From NCBI GenBank assembly GCA_000708835.1, contig DF237118.1, positions 94,668-158,667 on the forward strand: a stretch of DNA of 64,000 nucleotides, written 5' to 3'. The notes below the pieces were generated by a model, which worked only from the letters and a program-made list of their open reading frames with translations, was not told where the DNA came from and made no database searches. This document shows, one piece after another, positions 12,263 to 26,159 of the stretch. Each line of letters starts with the position of its first letter. Within the stretch, counting starts at the first letter, position 1. The DNA comes from Klebsormidium nitens. Its lineage: Eukaryota > Plantae > Klebsormidiophyceae. The position numbers and the translations under genes were made by a program.

Positions 12263-15200
12263 ATGCAAGCTGCAACTATCGGGGCGCCTTCAAGTGCAGG
12301 CGAACCGGCTCCCCATCGTCCATCATCACCCTCAGATGTGCCCCATGTCTTGCATTTTGTCTTCTCATTGGTCAGCGCAAGAGACCGCTGCGCTGCTGCA
12401 TGCGTCTGCAAAGAATGGAGGTCGATTGTGTACCACCCGTCTCTGTGGAAGGTACGTTGCAGAAGATGCATTTGTATAGTTGCAAACACGCGTCGTCATG
12501 GGAGGAAATTTTGACGTATGTTGGCCCCCAGTATCTGATGCTTTCAAGGGGGCAGGGCAAAGCAATCAGCAGGTCATTCTTAAAACTTTGGTTGGTTGCG
12601 TTCTCCATGCCTCATTGATTGCGTCAACCTTGCGTGCGCACTAGCTTTGCACATGCGCTGTGGCCCCCAATTTGATCTCGTGTGTGTGCAGAGCCTTGAT
12701 CTGCAAGGGAAGCGGAATGGGGGCACCGTTTCAAACGCAGTGACCAGTCAGGTCAGTAGAATGGTTAACAACTCTTCCACCCCTCAAGAGTTTGGCACCT
12801 TGTGTGAAGAAAGTAGTGTCCAGCCCATAGCAATTATCTAGTTGCATATAGAAGGCGGGTTTGAAGGCTGTTCGTAGGCCCAGATAGCCTCAAAGTCTGT
12901 AATGAGCAAAGCGGACCACCAGCTTGTGCTGAATTTAGGACCTATGGTTGAGTATCTCATCGGCAATCTGCTACATGAGTAGTCATCAGTCACTGAAGGA
13001 GCCGGTCCTTTGTGCCCTCACACAAATCCCAGAAGAGGGCTCCTCAATGATAAGTTGCTCATCTTTGCATCCAACTGTATGACTCTCCTCAGATGCTAGA
13101 AGACTCGTTGATATCTTACTGTAAACAAAGGGTTGAAGAAAGCATTCCGGTTAAAGTCTGAATATGTTGGCGCGCGAAAGGGTACAAAAAGGAGCTTACC
13201 AGAGTACACATCCAAACTTATGCTTCTGCACTGGCAGCGCCGCTTTCGCGACCTGGAGGATCTGAACCTGGAGTTTGCTCAAGGGGTGGAGGACGAGCAT
13301 CTTCTGAGTCTCTCTGGTCATGTGAGCCTTTGGCCAGTACGTGGCCGTCATCCCGCCAGTTGAAACTTGTTGTGGTTTGATGCCATCGAATCCAGTCTAC
13401 TCACTGCAGATGTCGACCTGAAACAAGCACACAACATTCTTTTGAGGTGCTCGATTTGAAAGCACCGTGTTTCTAGCTTCTGAAGAATACCGTCTTTGCC
13501 AGATTCAGCGGGATGAGCTTTGGCAGGCTACTGATACCCAGCAGTGTCCGCTTTTTGAGAAGTTGCATAGTGGTAGTTTCACCTGCACTTCTCACGGTCT
13601 GGACCAAATGGAAACTAGCTGGGCTTTTCTGGCAATGATTAAATAAGCATCACAGGAATTAGGTCGCTGAAGAGAAGACATGGAGAATCATGGATATTGA
13701 ACTTTGATCTGCAGTCGCGAAAGTAGTTTCCAGCTAGATTGCTTTTGAAGGTCGTTTACCTGGTTCAAGAGGTTTTATCGGCACCGCAAGTCCATTGAAT
13801 TTCAGAAGGGAACGGTCATCAACTATGGCATTTTGTCTACCCAACTGGCGAGCGGAGCGTACGGGGAAAGTTCTATTCGTACGGGGAAAGTTCTATTGAT
13901 CTATCTCGTTTCTGTGCAGTCTTTCCGGAGGCTGAATCTGAACGCTTGCCAGAAGGTAACAGATCAAGGAATAAGCGGGCTGGTCTCCGCATCTCCGCAG
14001 CTGGAGGCACTCTCTGTATACTGGAATCTGAAGTAAGCCGTCCTAGCCCACCTTCCGTCACACCTGGAAAGCGTCTACCATATCGAAGCCTTCACCTTCT
14101 TGGAAGCTGAGCTCTTCATTGAGTCTGCTCCTTGAAGTCAAAATTGCGAGGGTCGTGACTGCTTTACTGTTCTCTTTTGTTTTTTCGAAGCTCCTGCCCT
14201 GATGCAATCTTCGCTTCTAGGTTTCTAGGACGCACAAATTTATTGGTGCCCGTCTGTTTCGGTCAGATCCTGAGTTCAGCGGCTGAATGTTCAGGAACTA
14301 ATTTATGCTGCATTTCCCTTCGAAATGATATGACGAAACGGTTCAGCTTTTCAATCTTTTGAGCCAGTTGAACGAGTAATTCTGCGAATTTTCTTGAGAC
14401 CCGGCAAAGGAGCAACCCTTTGCGCAGGTTCGTGCTATTTGTCGTCTTGGAATGCCGTCGTTTGAACGCTAAAGCTGGCTCCACTCCTGATGTTGTAGAC
14501 TGTTTATACTACTGCTTTTGCTTCTCGGCAACTTCATGAATGAAGAAGACCAGATGTAATGATCTGAGACAAACTTGGAATGTTTCTTTGCAGAGTCACG
14601 GATGCGTCGATGCTTGAGGTGGCTCGCAGCTGTCCAGACCTCACCTTTTTGAACATCAGCGGATGCAAGGCGAGTAAAATTGAGAGTGACTAAAACGCTT
14701 CTTTTCGCCCTCATGCGAATCATGGACGTTAAGGCCTTCTATTGTGGTGGATTAAAAAAACGCTGGATACCAATGCCACTGGCGACTTTCGTTGTGGCGT
14801 CTAAGTGCGTCAAAAGATCCTCTTGACACTACGAGAAGACGTTTTCCTACAAGAGACGAACGTGTCATTCGCTCTTAGTAAAACGTGTCAGAATCTGGTT
14901 GCGCCACGTAAACGTTCCGACTCGAAAAGTCTCAAGAAACCTTGTTGCTGCCACAGTCCCTGTTGTAAACGGGCGCAGATGGTGCAGCAGTCTTGTAACG
15001 TCTCCCCAAGAGTATTTTCGACTTTCAATCAGTCCACGCGACGTTTGATCTGGGACGCAATACTGCAACGTGCGACTGATTCCCAAACGGAGTTTTTACA
15101 CTCGTACAGAAGATAACCGATGTTGGCGTGAAGGCAGTTGCGCGGGCCTGTCCTCGATTGCAGACCTTCAATCTCACAAGGTACCACCATCTCGATCAAC

Positions 15201-18127
15201 CTCATTTGTCCAAAGTGTTCGTTAGTTTGTTGGTTCGTCTGGTCGATTGTTAGAACGTTAAAAGATGAAAATGGGCTATTCGACTGCAGTTCGTCTTCTT
15301 GATTTACGATTCAATCAGTCTCTCGGGGGTCGTCGGATGCTTTCAGCCAGCCTTGCGGGGCCTACTTTGTGAATCTTTAAAACGTAATATTTGTGGCAGG
15401 CCGCAACATGGGGCTTCTGTTGGAAGGATTCGCTTCAGACTAAGAAGACAATCTAGGGGCCCGAACATTTCTCCAACTTGCAGCATCCTGTCCTGATTAC
15501 GAAAGATTATTTAGTTTACTCCTGTAAGTTTGAACTCTTCACATGGCGCTTGGCCATGCGATCGTTTCTGCAAACTGCTATCGTTTCCCCATGGTGGCGT
15601 TAATTGACAACGTTTTCTGGCGACCTAACAGACTCCGATGCTCGCAGAGTGGTCGCCATGACGGACGACGGCCTCTTAGAGGTGCTGCGCCATTCCGGGC
15701 AGCTACAAGAGCTCTACCTTTACGCCCTTTCCAGGTAGGCTCGCCTGCTCTGACGAGCTTTGCTGCCGTACATTTACTCATTTGTAACGGCCTACCAATC
15801 TTCTGTACTCCCATTCCCACCCGTGTTGCATTCGTTCGGAGGAGGAGCTAGAGCTCGAGATATAGTTGGCCCGTTATTGCACTGGTCGGCTCGGACTGAT
15901 CTCATGCCGAAATAGAAAGAGACGTCAGGTGTTGATTTGGGGCAAACAAGTACGGCAGGTACAGCTCTTTGCAAATCGTTCACGTGAATTGAATGCTTGC
16001 TGCATGAAGATCTACTCTGAGATCCTCTGTGGAACTCAAAAGTCGTCAACGCTCCTCGTGCTCGTGTTTCTGTGACCCTCATAGCTGAAAACGAAGACAG
16101 CTACCAGTTTATCCATGATCAGCTTCGCCCTCGATCCTCCCTCCCGGTCTTGCAGTCTGACGGATCGGTCCTATTTAGAAACGCACCGGTTGCCTCACCT
16201 GCGGCTGCTTGACCTCTGCGGCGCCGCGGTAAGAGCCTCCACTTGCACAACACGATCTTGAGGAAAGTCCGACGCTTCCATTCTGAACGTTGCTCAAACG
16301 GAGTGCTATGGGATCTGCACCGTAGCTACCGTTGAAACGCAGACAGCCTGCATAAGTTTGGGAAGCTGCTGTGAACCTTACGAAGTTCTTAATCACGAGG
16401 CCCCACGACGCTACTAACGGAGCACGCAAGGCTTTTTTTTGAGCTCGCGGACCTTTATGCGAAGCACTGCCCAACCACAGCCTGTTGGAGCAGGCGTGCT
16501 GCATTTCAAATGATTCAGGTTCGGCCAGCTTGGGTAGTTCTTCCAAAAGCGACCTGCGTTGCAAGCCTTTGGCCTTGCAGCCGCATTGAGCGGTCACCTC
16601 CAATGCAAGATAGTCCTTACAAAAGCAGAAGACGTGAGACTCAGCATATTCATTCACGGTCGTCCGCAGAACCTTTCGGACGAGGGCGCTGCGTCCGTGG
16701 CTCAGTGTCACGAGCTGACGACACTGAACCTAACCTGGTGAGCCGTGACGAATGCTCTCGGTTGCACCCATTGCTCCATGGCTGGTGCGTTATGCAGGTG
16801 GACAGCAAGAGCATGTGATAGTGAACGAAGCTGACCGGAGCGTCGACCTTGGGTTCCTTATTAGAGCAGCCGTTTGCATTCCGGGATTGAACAGCGCCGT
16901 TGAGGCTCGGACCCTGGATCGGAGTGCTGCAGAGCAAATTTCGAGGCCACAAAACAAGCTGCCAGTATTCCTTAGCCGTGGTGGCCTCGTCGTTGGATAC
17001 CGAGCAGAAAAATCATTGCCGGCTCCCCGTCCCTGGTTCACACGATGAGAACCATTTTGCGAGCGCACCCCGCCTCAAAAAGCCTATCCCCCGCAGTGCA
17101 GGTGCGTGCGGTTGATGGACCGCGGACTGTCCGCCATCGCACACGGCTGTCCAAAGCTCGAGTCGCTCAGGTGAGTTGCTGTACTCCTCATTTCATCCTT
17201 TCCTTGAAGCACCGCAGCCTTATGCATTTCAACTGATGGATTGACGAAGCTGCAATTGTGCCCTTGGTCCGTTGTCCGTAAGACGTGTCTCCCCCTTTTT
17301 GCCTGGGTTACTTTTTCGCACGCCGTGAGAGCGAAGCCGAACGGTTATGGTGCAAGACGAGCCGCATCAACCATGGAAAATTAGGTCGTAGTTTGGCAAG
17401 CAGGTTTCAAAGAAGCTAATGGCCTCGGGTTGAGTCCATGGTTTTACCGACCAGATATTCCTTAATCGAGGTTTTCAAGGACCAACTAAGGATGATTGTC
17501 TGGTTTTCCCGCATACTACCTCATCTACCATAAGCAATTCTAGCTACGAGTAATACCGTCCCTTGAGAAAAGAAAGGACTTTGTAGGACAGCTCAAAGAG
17601 CCAAAAGTGACATCCTTCGGACGTCCTTTTGCAGTTTGTACGGCATCCTCGGGATCACGGACAAAGCCGTCGAAGAGCTCGCTCATCACTGCAGCGGAAC
17701 GCTCCACACGCTGGACGTGAATGGTTGCGTCAACGTCAAGGTGGGCCGCTCACGTCAGCACATTTCGAGGAGCTTTTCCTAAGAGGGCAATCGTTACAGT
17801 TGCGTCAGAAAGGATATGACGAGTACGATCTGCTGGTATGATCTGCGCCTTAGTCCTTCGAAAAAGGTCGCTCTTCACGTGCACGCGGTTGCCTCAGTGG
17901 CCCGGGGCTAGGCAAGGTTCCTTGAGATTGGAGAATTTGTTTCAGAGTCCCTTATCAACAGATTTCAGTGGACTGCTCCTCCTCCTTCCGGCCAAGTTAC
18001 CGAAGCTCGGTCGCAGCTTTCGGAGCTCTTCTAATGTTTCCTCCTTCCTTTGTTGGCGCAGCGGAGATCTAAGGAGGACTTACTGCAACTCTTCCCTCTC
18101 CTTACGTGCTTCCTGGTCCATAGCTGA
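12263..18127 (+). CDS. F-box/LRR-repeat protein (Arabidopsis At3g58530-like, cysteine-containing LRRs)
   Basis: 12 exons: 12263-12451, 12692-12751, 13238-13321, 13920-14032, 14594-14669, 15110-15180, 15648-15734, 16156-16228, 16670-16737, 17102-17170, 17635-17740, 18062-18127 (TGA). F-box (VFSLVSARDRCAAACVCKEWR), LNLEFAQGVED, LNLNACQKVTD, LSVYWNLKVTD, LNLTWCVRL, LDVNGC, C-terminus RRSKEDLLQLFPLLTCFLVHS*. Intron 5 is GC-AG. Confidence 0.93.
13858..13897. repeat. Perfect 20-bp tandem duplication just upstream of the F-box exon-4 acceptor
   Basis: CGTACGGGGAAAGTTCTATT twice (13858-13877, 13878-13897). Confidence 0.95.
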
Positions 18128-19133
18128 CGCCCTTCTTAAAGAGGTGCAGAAGCACTAGGTTTCGGGCAGAGCAAACTAGTAGCCGGGCCGGGTATCAGTA
18201 GCCTAAGCTCCTACTGAAGAATAACCAACTACGACCATCGAGAAGTCAAATCAGTCGCCGAGAAGTGCGCGAAACAACTGACCCCCCAGACGGACATTCA
18301 ACTTAGACTTGTATGCGTTGTGCATGATCTTTGCGACTCCACCTGAGGCACTATGCAGCATGACATCATACGATCTTGTCGGATGCTGCACGGATGAGCT
18401 ACGATGCTCGAGACCCTGCATCAATCTACTGCGTACCAGCGGCTGCATGCAGGGTGCGCTATAACCACTTGCAAATATCCATAATGTATACAGCTTCTAT
18501 AAGGATCGATCACATGTGCATGCTCAGTGAAGGCGATAGTACTGAGAGACCAAGTGAGCAATGATGGTGCCCGCACGAAAGATTTGTAGATTGAATAGAA
18601 TTGTGGTCGAGTGACAGCATGATCGAGTTTGATCCGCGCGCGTCAGTACCGTATTGGGCCCGCCCTTGCGTCGATCCATTGTTCCATAACATTGGACTCT
18701 GGATCGATCTAACATGTGGGCCGTCAAACTATAGATCGTTTTTGACATCATTAACTTCGCTGAGTACCGTCTTCTTTCAATCAAGTTTCAATGCTATTTT
18801 TGAGAGTACTCGGTCTCAAAATTCAATTGTTCCAGTGCGGTCTTTGAAAGTACGTGGTCTCAAAAAATCCTACTTCACATGAAATGAACTCGTGCGTGCC
18901 TCTAAGTTCATTGTGTCTTACTGTACATTGCACATATTGAGTTCAGCGCTCGCTGGCTTTCTATTTCAATATAATCCTCGGGAGAGGTGCGCACTGCTTT
19001 CTTTGATCCGAATCCACCAATCTGATTAATGAGCGAACCACCAAATCCTACAACATCCAACGCAGAAAGAATTCCTATACTAAGCCCGGTCTGACTTCCT
19101 CCGTGCATTCAACACGTAATGCTACCCGATCGA

Positions 19134-22100
19134 TCAGACGGACATCGCTTTCTTAACAGTCTCCAGGGCTTTTTCAACGGTGTCGGCCTTCTTGAGCTCG
19201 TCGATGTCGATCTTCGGGCGCATCCGCGCAATCTCCGGCAGCAACTTGAACTCCTGCAAGTCGTGGAAACGGACCATCGGTTTATGCCTGAAGCATATGT
19301 CGGCTGACTGGACATTCTGGGTGGCTTTATTACAACGCTACCAAAGGTGGTTTTACAACGGGCTTCTTGAAACCTGGCCGCCTCATTCAAGTGCGATCTG
19401 CACTGTTGCAAACTCGAGCCGTTTCATCCTCTACTCGAGGACTGAGAAGCTGCGGTCGGCTCATATCGAGCTTTCATGAGACGGCCACGCTTGCAGAAAC
19501 GAGCAAGTTTTCAGGGCTGAGAAGCATCCCGGACAATTCCAGGGGCCACAGACTTGTCATAAAACTGACAGCATGTTTGCTGTGCCTGCGTTGCAGAATT
19601 CTGCTGCCCACATTCATGGTTAGAGTTCGGCGGAAAAGGAATTGAATAGATCCATGCTTGCAGCAAGGCCTCACCTCGGGAGCCCCACTCTCCAAAAAGA
19701 CGCCCTTCAGTGTGCCTGCAATGATGAAATCTGTCAAATTGGTATTCCGAAATTAGGGGCCCCGGCATCTCAATATGCGCAGAAAGTAGAAAACGGACAG
19801 AGTCAATCCAAGCGACAATAACACCAGCAAACCTACTTAGTCAACGTGATTTGGACGTCAAACATTCTGAATTAGGGTTAGAGATAGCAGCCTCTCCTTC
19901 TGCCGTACTGATGACGCAAATGCAAATACTGAGCCAGGCTGTCGCAATTATAACAGGCACGCGCAAGTAAGAAGACAACGCTTTAAAACCTTTCCAAGAC
20001 AAGCACCGTAGACTTGGATGAGGATGATCATTGGGTAATCAGTGATAACGAAGTCGGCGCGAGAGTTTACCTTCGTCGACCCAAAAGGCCGCCAGCTTTG
20101 GGTCAAAGTCTCCCACGTCAACGACCTCCCCCTCTGCGCGACAGGAGAGTCCAAACTTTTCTGACTATCATATCTCAAAGGTTGTAGAAACTTGCGAGAG
20201 TCCAGATTAAGTTCGACGTCTCAAAGTAGAAGCAACTTTGAAAGTGAACCGAGAATTCAAAACGACTGACAACGTTGTCACTCTCAAAGCGTCGCAAATC
20301 CGAACTCATGCACAACAGCACATTAATGCTAGCTTTTACGACTGTGATCTTCGAGCTCGGCAAACCCCGCGAACGCTTATGGTTCCTCTTTCTCCTTTCC
20401 ACTACCCTTAGCAAAGCTGCAGGGGCGTCAACCGATACACGCAGACGAAACGCCACGAATCCTCATACTCCCTGGGAGTCAACGTTCGGACACATTGGCC
20501 CCAAATTGCGGGGCACTATTTATGAAAGACGGCCACCCCACTCAGAGAAAGACGGGCAAGAACTCTGTTTCCAACTTACTGTTCTCGCCGTAAAACTGCC
20601 ACCAGACCTTCCGTGCCGTTCCGGGATGCTCGAACACGCGGGAGTAGAAGTAGGGCAGGTAGTCGTACCTGGGAAGTAAGTTGCCGGGAAGCTTCAGCCG
20701 CCGATGTAGTCCGGGAACGTTCAACTGGGCGGTTCATGACGTGGCTAATCAGAAGGCGCTGCTAGTTCCCGGAGAGGGAGCAAGCTCACAGGATGGTGCT
20801 ATTGTCTAGAGCGCGTCTTTTGTGCTAAATTCCAAACCGTTTCTACTACAAAAGTAAAGCAATCCGATCGAAGAGGCTGAGCGAGCCTTCGTGAAAGACA
20901 ACTTTTTATCAGCCCCTTTTTTTGTCGGCGTGATCCACAACTTCGGTGCCATTAAAGAGGGCGTCCCGTGACCCGTCACGCCTCGGCGACCATGTACCGC
21001 AGAAATGGGGCATACTGGTCGCTCGGGACAAATTCCAAGATGCACTTTAGTCCGTCCGATGAGGATTCCCCTAAGGACTCAGATGCCACTAGTGCGCATT
21101 GAAATCTGACGCCCTCTTTAACCCTCTGCGAGCGATCGTTTGACGAGCGGTGTGCAGGTTGATTGTTGCCTTGAGTCCATGTGCTTAGAAAGCTTCTTTA
21201 CCCGTTGACTTGCGAATTGGGCGGCTTACCCTTCGCCGCTGCCGTCTAGGATCGCCTTCACAACGTGCGCCGCCGACTTCCTGGCGTGATCAACATGCTC
21301 GACGCGCGACGTTGAGCCCAGAATCTGCACGGCAGCAAGACGCGTCCATCAGTACTTCGGTCGTTCGAGAAGAGCCTTGGTTCCCTGGTTGATGACACTC
21401 TATAAGCACACTGTTTTCCTGCAATTGGAACTTTGTTCGCAGCCTTTGACCTTTCCCATGGGACGGCATGTCTCTCGATCGCGCTCAAATGAAAGAGGGA
21501 ATGCCTAAGGGCCTAAGCGGTTCGCTCGATTCAGAATTTTATGCAGAATAAGTGCCCTCACGAGTTGATAGTCCCTCGCTTAAGGCAAACTTTGACGTGG
21601 AACATTAGTCCGAAACTCTCACGACACTTTTTTTCATCTTTGCGCGAAGCCCCGATATGCTGAAGTGTTGAACAGGTCAAATCAGGACTCCGTCAACTAG
21701 ACCTAGCCAAATCTTTGACAGGAAAGAAAGGAAGACGGCAGCGCCCCCGTCTGACGGACCTCAAACACTCGATCGATGTGTACGGAAGACATGAGCAAGG
21801 CCTGAAGCAATCGTGTGAAACGAGACACCGCTCTTCTGCGGTTGCTTTCCCGCAGATTATTAGTCCATCTTTTCGCTACCAAGACCAAAGAACTCTCCGA
21901 CTCGTTCTAGGTAGCCAAACTGCCATACTTGATGCTTTCGGCTGCAGGAAGTATGTGAGAGAGTAGGGGTTTTGTGGCTTAAGTAATAGAGAACGCGAAC
22001 CGGTCCAAGGCTTACTTTGATTGGAAACGCGGCCGTGTCTCCAATAGCGTATACGTCTGGATTGCTGGACTGCAGCTGGTCATTCACCTGCAGCAGAAGC

Positions 22101-25100
22101 TTATCATTCGGCAGCGCTTTTGGCTGACATGCGGGTTATGATGCAGATCAAAATGTTCGTTCCTATGAGCCGGCCAGAATAACACAGGTTGGCGTATAAG
22201 TTGACTTGAACGGTTTTCCTAAAATCTCTTCACGATACAACCCATTCTGTTGCTGACACTCCTGTGGAATGTCCAAGTTCATGTGATGTAACTCGGCGCT
22301 CTGCGCTATGCTCGACGCCTATCTCAGACAAAACCAAAACAGAAGCGACGGTTCCGGTATTGAAACATCTTCCGCTTACCTTGATCCCCTTGGCTTCTTC
22401 GTCCAATCCCGCGTCCAGAAACAGCTGCACCGCAGGTTTAGCGCCGACGCCCACTACTATCTGCGACACGAGTACCGAAATCAGCACGTTGATATGAGGA
22501 GCTGCTCCGGAAAGCCCCCGGCTTGACTCCCGTTCAGCATCTCTTTCCGTATCTGGATCCTCATACAGCCAATACTTTCCCATCAGCCAGACGGAGCTCA
22601 AGTGGGCACCCACTCTCCGGCAGACCCTACATGTAGATCATAACCCCTTCGCTTTTTTCGTGACTTAGCAAAGTCCAGGCTCCAAGGCTCGACCGTTCAT
22701 TTGCAGTCTCCGACTACATTTCTCACGAAACGGGAGGCATTGAGCTTGTGCAAAGAACTTCGTTGGCAGTAGATGGCGAGCCCTTACTCACCAAATCTGC
22801 GTCGTACTCTTGCTTGTTGGATGCAATCGCTTTTGCGACCCTCCCATCGGGCCCCGCCTCGAAACGCTCAACGCTGGCACCCTGCAAGAGAAAGAAACAC
22901 AAATCTACGATCATAAAGTACTCGGTCGGGCTCATTGACCGCGAGAAGTCGTTTGAGCCCCAGCATCAGTGGACGTAGCAATGCAGCTGTCAAGTCCTCC
23001 AAGGCTGGTGCGTCAGCAAGAGCTGTTGGATCAGGAAAGATATTCGGCGAGTTGTTGGGTTATGAGGAACTAGGAATTATGAGGTGCCATGTCATTGATA
23101 TTAATAAGCTTCTTTGTCGTACAAGTGACGTCTCGCTAATCTTCGGGCTTTGTCAGCAATATCCGGAGCGCCTTTGCCGCCTAGCTTACCGTCACGAAGT
23201 TGGCGCCGAGGCTCTCGTAGAGCTTGTGGTAGTGCGCAGCGATGCCTGGGGTAAACAACCGGGGCATGAAGTGGGGCTCCGGGAAGATCAACTGCGAATT
23301 GACAGGACGTCAGCAGCAGCAGGGATGCATCCTTGTGTAACGTCAAGTCTGGTTGACTATCATTTTCAGCTTCCAGTTCTAGTCTAGCGGATAGCTTTGA
23401 TCAAAGTGCAAGCGACAAGAAGTAGGTTTCAAGGGGAACTTGTCTACACGCAACCTTAAGATCAGACCTTGTATCAGAAAGTCGAAAGCTGTGCAGATGA
23501 TCCTCCATTGAGAGTCCCGTTGACAATCTTTTCTGCGGAAGAGTGTGGATCGGAACGGTGAAACGCACCGTTACGTCCAGACCCCATGCGAGAGCCGCTG
23601 CCGACACCTCCATACCGATGTAGCCCCCTCCGATAACTACAACTTTCTTCGCGTTTTGCTGTGGAAAGACAAAGTAAAGTGTCGAAAGAGGATTCGACGT
23701 AGACTATCTGGCAGTTCCTACAGGAACGGCCTTCTAACGCGCACCGAAAAGAAGCTTCGACTCCCTCTCCGTTCAAGAACCGGCATGCAAACGCGTTGAT
23801 CTTCCGCGTCCTTCTTTCGTGGAGTTCGCTCGAAGATTCACGCGGTGCACAATGTCAATCTTCTATGCACAATTCTCCACAGTTCTCATAAAGTAAAGAG
23901 CGGAGGCGAGAATGCCAAGGCGGGAACCTTACAAAGTCTTTCACAAGCCCGTCCGCATCAGCGACGTTCCTTATGTAGTTGACGCCCGGAAGCGCCCCGC
24001 CAATCTTTTCGGGCAATCTGTCAAAGTGGAAAGCCGCAAAGCCTGAGTCAGTGTCGTCATAAAAGACACTAACGAAGCTCCAGCTTGCTGCAGGCAATCT
24101 GGACAGCGGACAGCACCAACCCGTCTCAATCAATTGCGTCCGCTCAAGCAGTACAAAGTTTGACGTAGACTGCACAATCTCGACTCGACCATGAATTAGC
24201 GGGCAACCTGACGATGCGGGGAAGCCTCAGTTTGTGCAGAAAGCCTCGGTGGTCACCTAGAGGCGGTGCTCCCAGTGGCAACAATGAGCTTTTTGTAAGA
24301 AAGCGTGTCACCCTTGGAGGTGGTCAGCTCCTTCTTGGATAGGTCCAAACCTGAGATGGTTGTTCCTAGCAGCAACTGCAGAAGAATGTGCTTACACGTC
24401 TGGCAACGGGGATGAGAACCTCGATGAAAGCATGCTATGAAGACTGCGTGCATAAGATTCAGCAACGAGCGAAGTCAAAGGAGTAACCAAGGTCCTTCGC
24501 ACTAATATGATCCACTAAATATCCACGAAATATCTAGTGGATATTTCGTGATCCACTAGAGTCTTTGAGATCATATCGGTCAGGCTCAGAGCTCCAATTT
24601 TACTGGCTGAGGATTCCGGCTGATTCCATCAGCACTGAGGGACTGGGGTGCTTATTTGTTGCAGATCTTTGCAGTGTGATAAAGATCAGATATGCATACC
24701 TCAATGCCCTTCTGCTCATACCACTCGGGGGTCTGCCTCTCGCCACCAGTCCCCACAGTCGTATGAAAGCCCTGGTATATACAGTGCACTCTCGTCAGCT
24801 CAATAGCCAATTGTGAACCTGATGACCTCAATCATACGGCTACCTAGGAATATACGTCAAGTTGATAGACCAGATGATGTTGAGCTACTCCCGTCCCCTA
24901 CCCTCGTCATTTGGGTGAAGCTTTTGTGCGGGCTTTTGTTCGAGAGTCTCTGCATTCCAACTTCAGATTTAACACGGCAATCAGATGACATGTGAAGTCG
25001 TTGTCTCAAGTAGGACCGAGCTTGAGCATGCTTACAGGCTGCCTGAGACTCAGATCTCTCACAATTGGGACCAGAAACATAATGTAAGACCAGCAAAGCC

Positions 25101-26159
25101 ATTCCCTTTCTTACCGGCAACCGTGGCGGTTTTGCGTCTCCCTTGATTGGGAATAGGTAGCCTTTTGAGAGGGTGGGCCGCTCATATGGAGCCACTTCCT
25201 GCCAAAGTACTTAGCGAGTCAGGGCATCACGACTGTGGGAATTTGTAAGAATGCGACATTCCGAATTGGCGCCCTGCGACAATGCGAGGAGGGGAGTCGC
25301 GATCCAGCCCTAAACCAAAGCAATCTGCGCGTAGACATGAGGTTCTTGATCGCGCTGTTGAGATCTTCTCCATGGTATACTACTGTCATCAGCAAACTCA
25401 CTTCGCTGCTGATGATGGCAAGTTTACCAGCCGCCTGATCGTTGTCCACAAAGGCTTTGGCCGCATATCCCGCAGCATTGCCACCCCCCACGATTACATA
25501 CCTGCACAAGCGCCTTGCATTAGTGGTGTTACAGTCGCTTAATGTGAGCAATGAGGTCTTACTAGAGTAAAATGTGACATATGTTTGCTGGGCACTCTCG
25601 TGTATGCACCTGAGGCCGGGGTTGGCCCCGGGGGTGCCGAACTAACCCCCTCGCCGTTATATGCTTCGATGATTCTTTTCTGCAAAGGCCTGGATTTATG
25701 TCACCCTTGTTGAATTCCTGAATGGTAGGACCCCATTGACATCACTTAAGTTGGTGGTATGTGCTGATTACTGACCAGAAACACCGCACTTCAGAACTGC
25801 ATGCATACTGGCAACACCCAACACAATTGCAATCTACACTCCAGCATTTACAAACACCAAGGACCTATCTGCGTTCAAGCTCCTCAAGTCATCTGAAAGA
25901 TCTATCTCAAGGGAATGTACATAGTGCTGCAGACTCACTCTGTGTTCCTGTTCAAGGAAGAAGCAGAAACCGAAAAGGATCTTCTTCCTGACACTCGGCT
26001 CTGAAGGTGAGGTGTCAAAACGCCAGTCAGAGAGACCCCCTGAAAGGAGCTGACGCTCAGCAAAGGTGCACCAAGCTGCGAGCTCTGACGGAGAGTGAAT
26101 GCAGCTTTGGGAGCCAGGTTGACCTGGCCCACCGCAGCTGAGCACCTCGCAAAGGCCAT
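19134..26159 (-). CDS. MDAR6: Monodehydroascorbate reductase, plastid/mitochondrial type (Arabidopsis MDAR6, also called MDAR5)
   Basis: 16 exons: 26159-25939, 25501-25402, 25198-25115, 24771-24700, 24375-24257, 24017-23933, 23658-23569, 23291-23190, 22881-22792, 22460-22380, 22087-22016, 21324-21230, 20668-20580, 20133-20071, 19715-19675, 19253-19134 (TGA). Motifs YVIVGGGNAAGYAA, APYERPTLSK, GFHTTVGTGGERQTPEWY, IGGGYIGMEV, YAIGDTAAFP, RVEHVDHARKSA, YDYLPYFYSRVFE, KVWWQFYG. N-terminal transit peptide. Alternative in-frame ATG at 26261. Confidence 0.97.
24509..24559. repeat. Short palindromic/foldback sequence in MDAR intron 4
   Basis: CACGAAATATC-TAGTG-GATATTTCGTG (11-bp perfect stem), interleaved with direct and inverted ATCCACTA/TAGTGGAT copies. 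Confidence 0.7.

Noticed and set aside
18480-18870. AGTAC...GGTCTCAAAA motifs and a small hairpin between the F-box and MDAR genes
   Set aside because: Suggestive of an old TE remnant, but no matching pair of termini or TSD could be defined.
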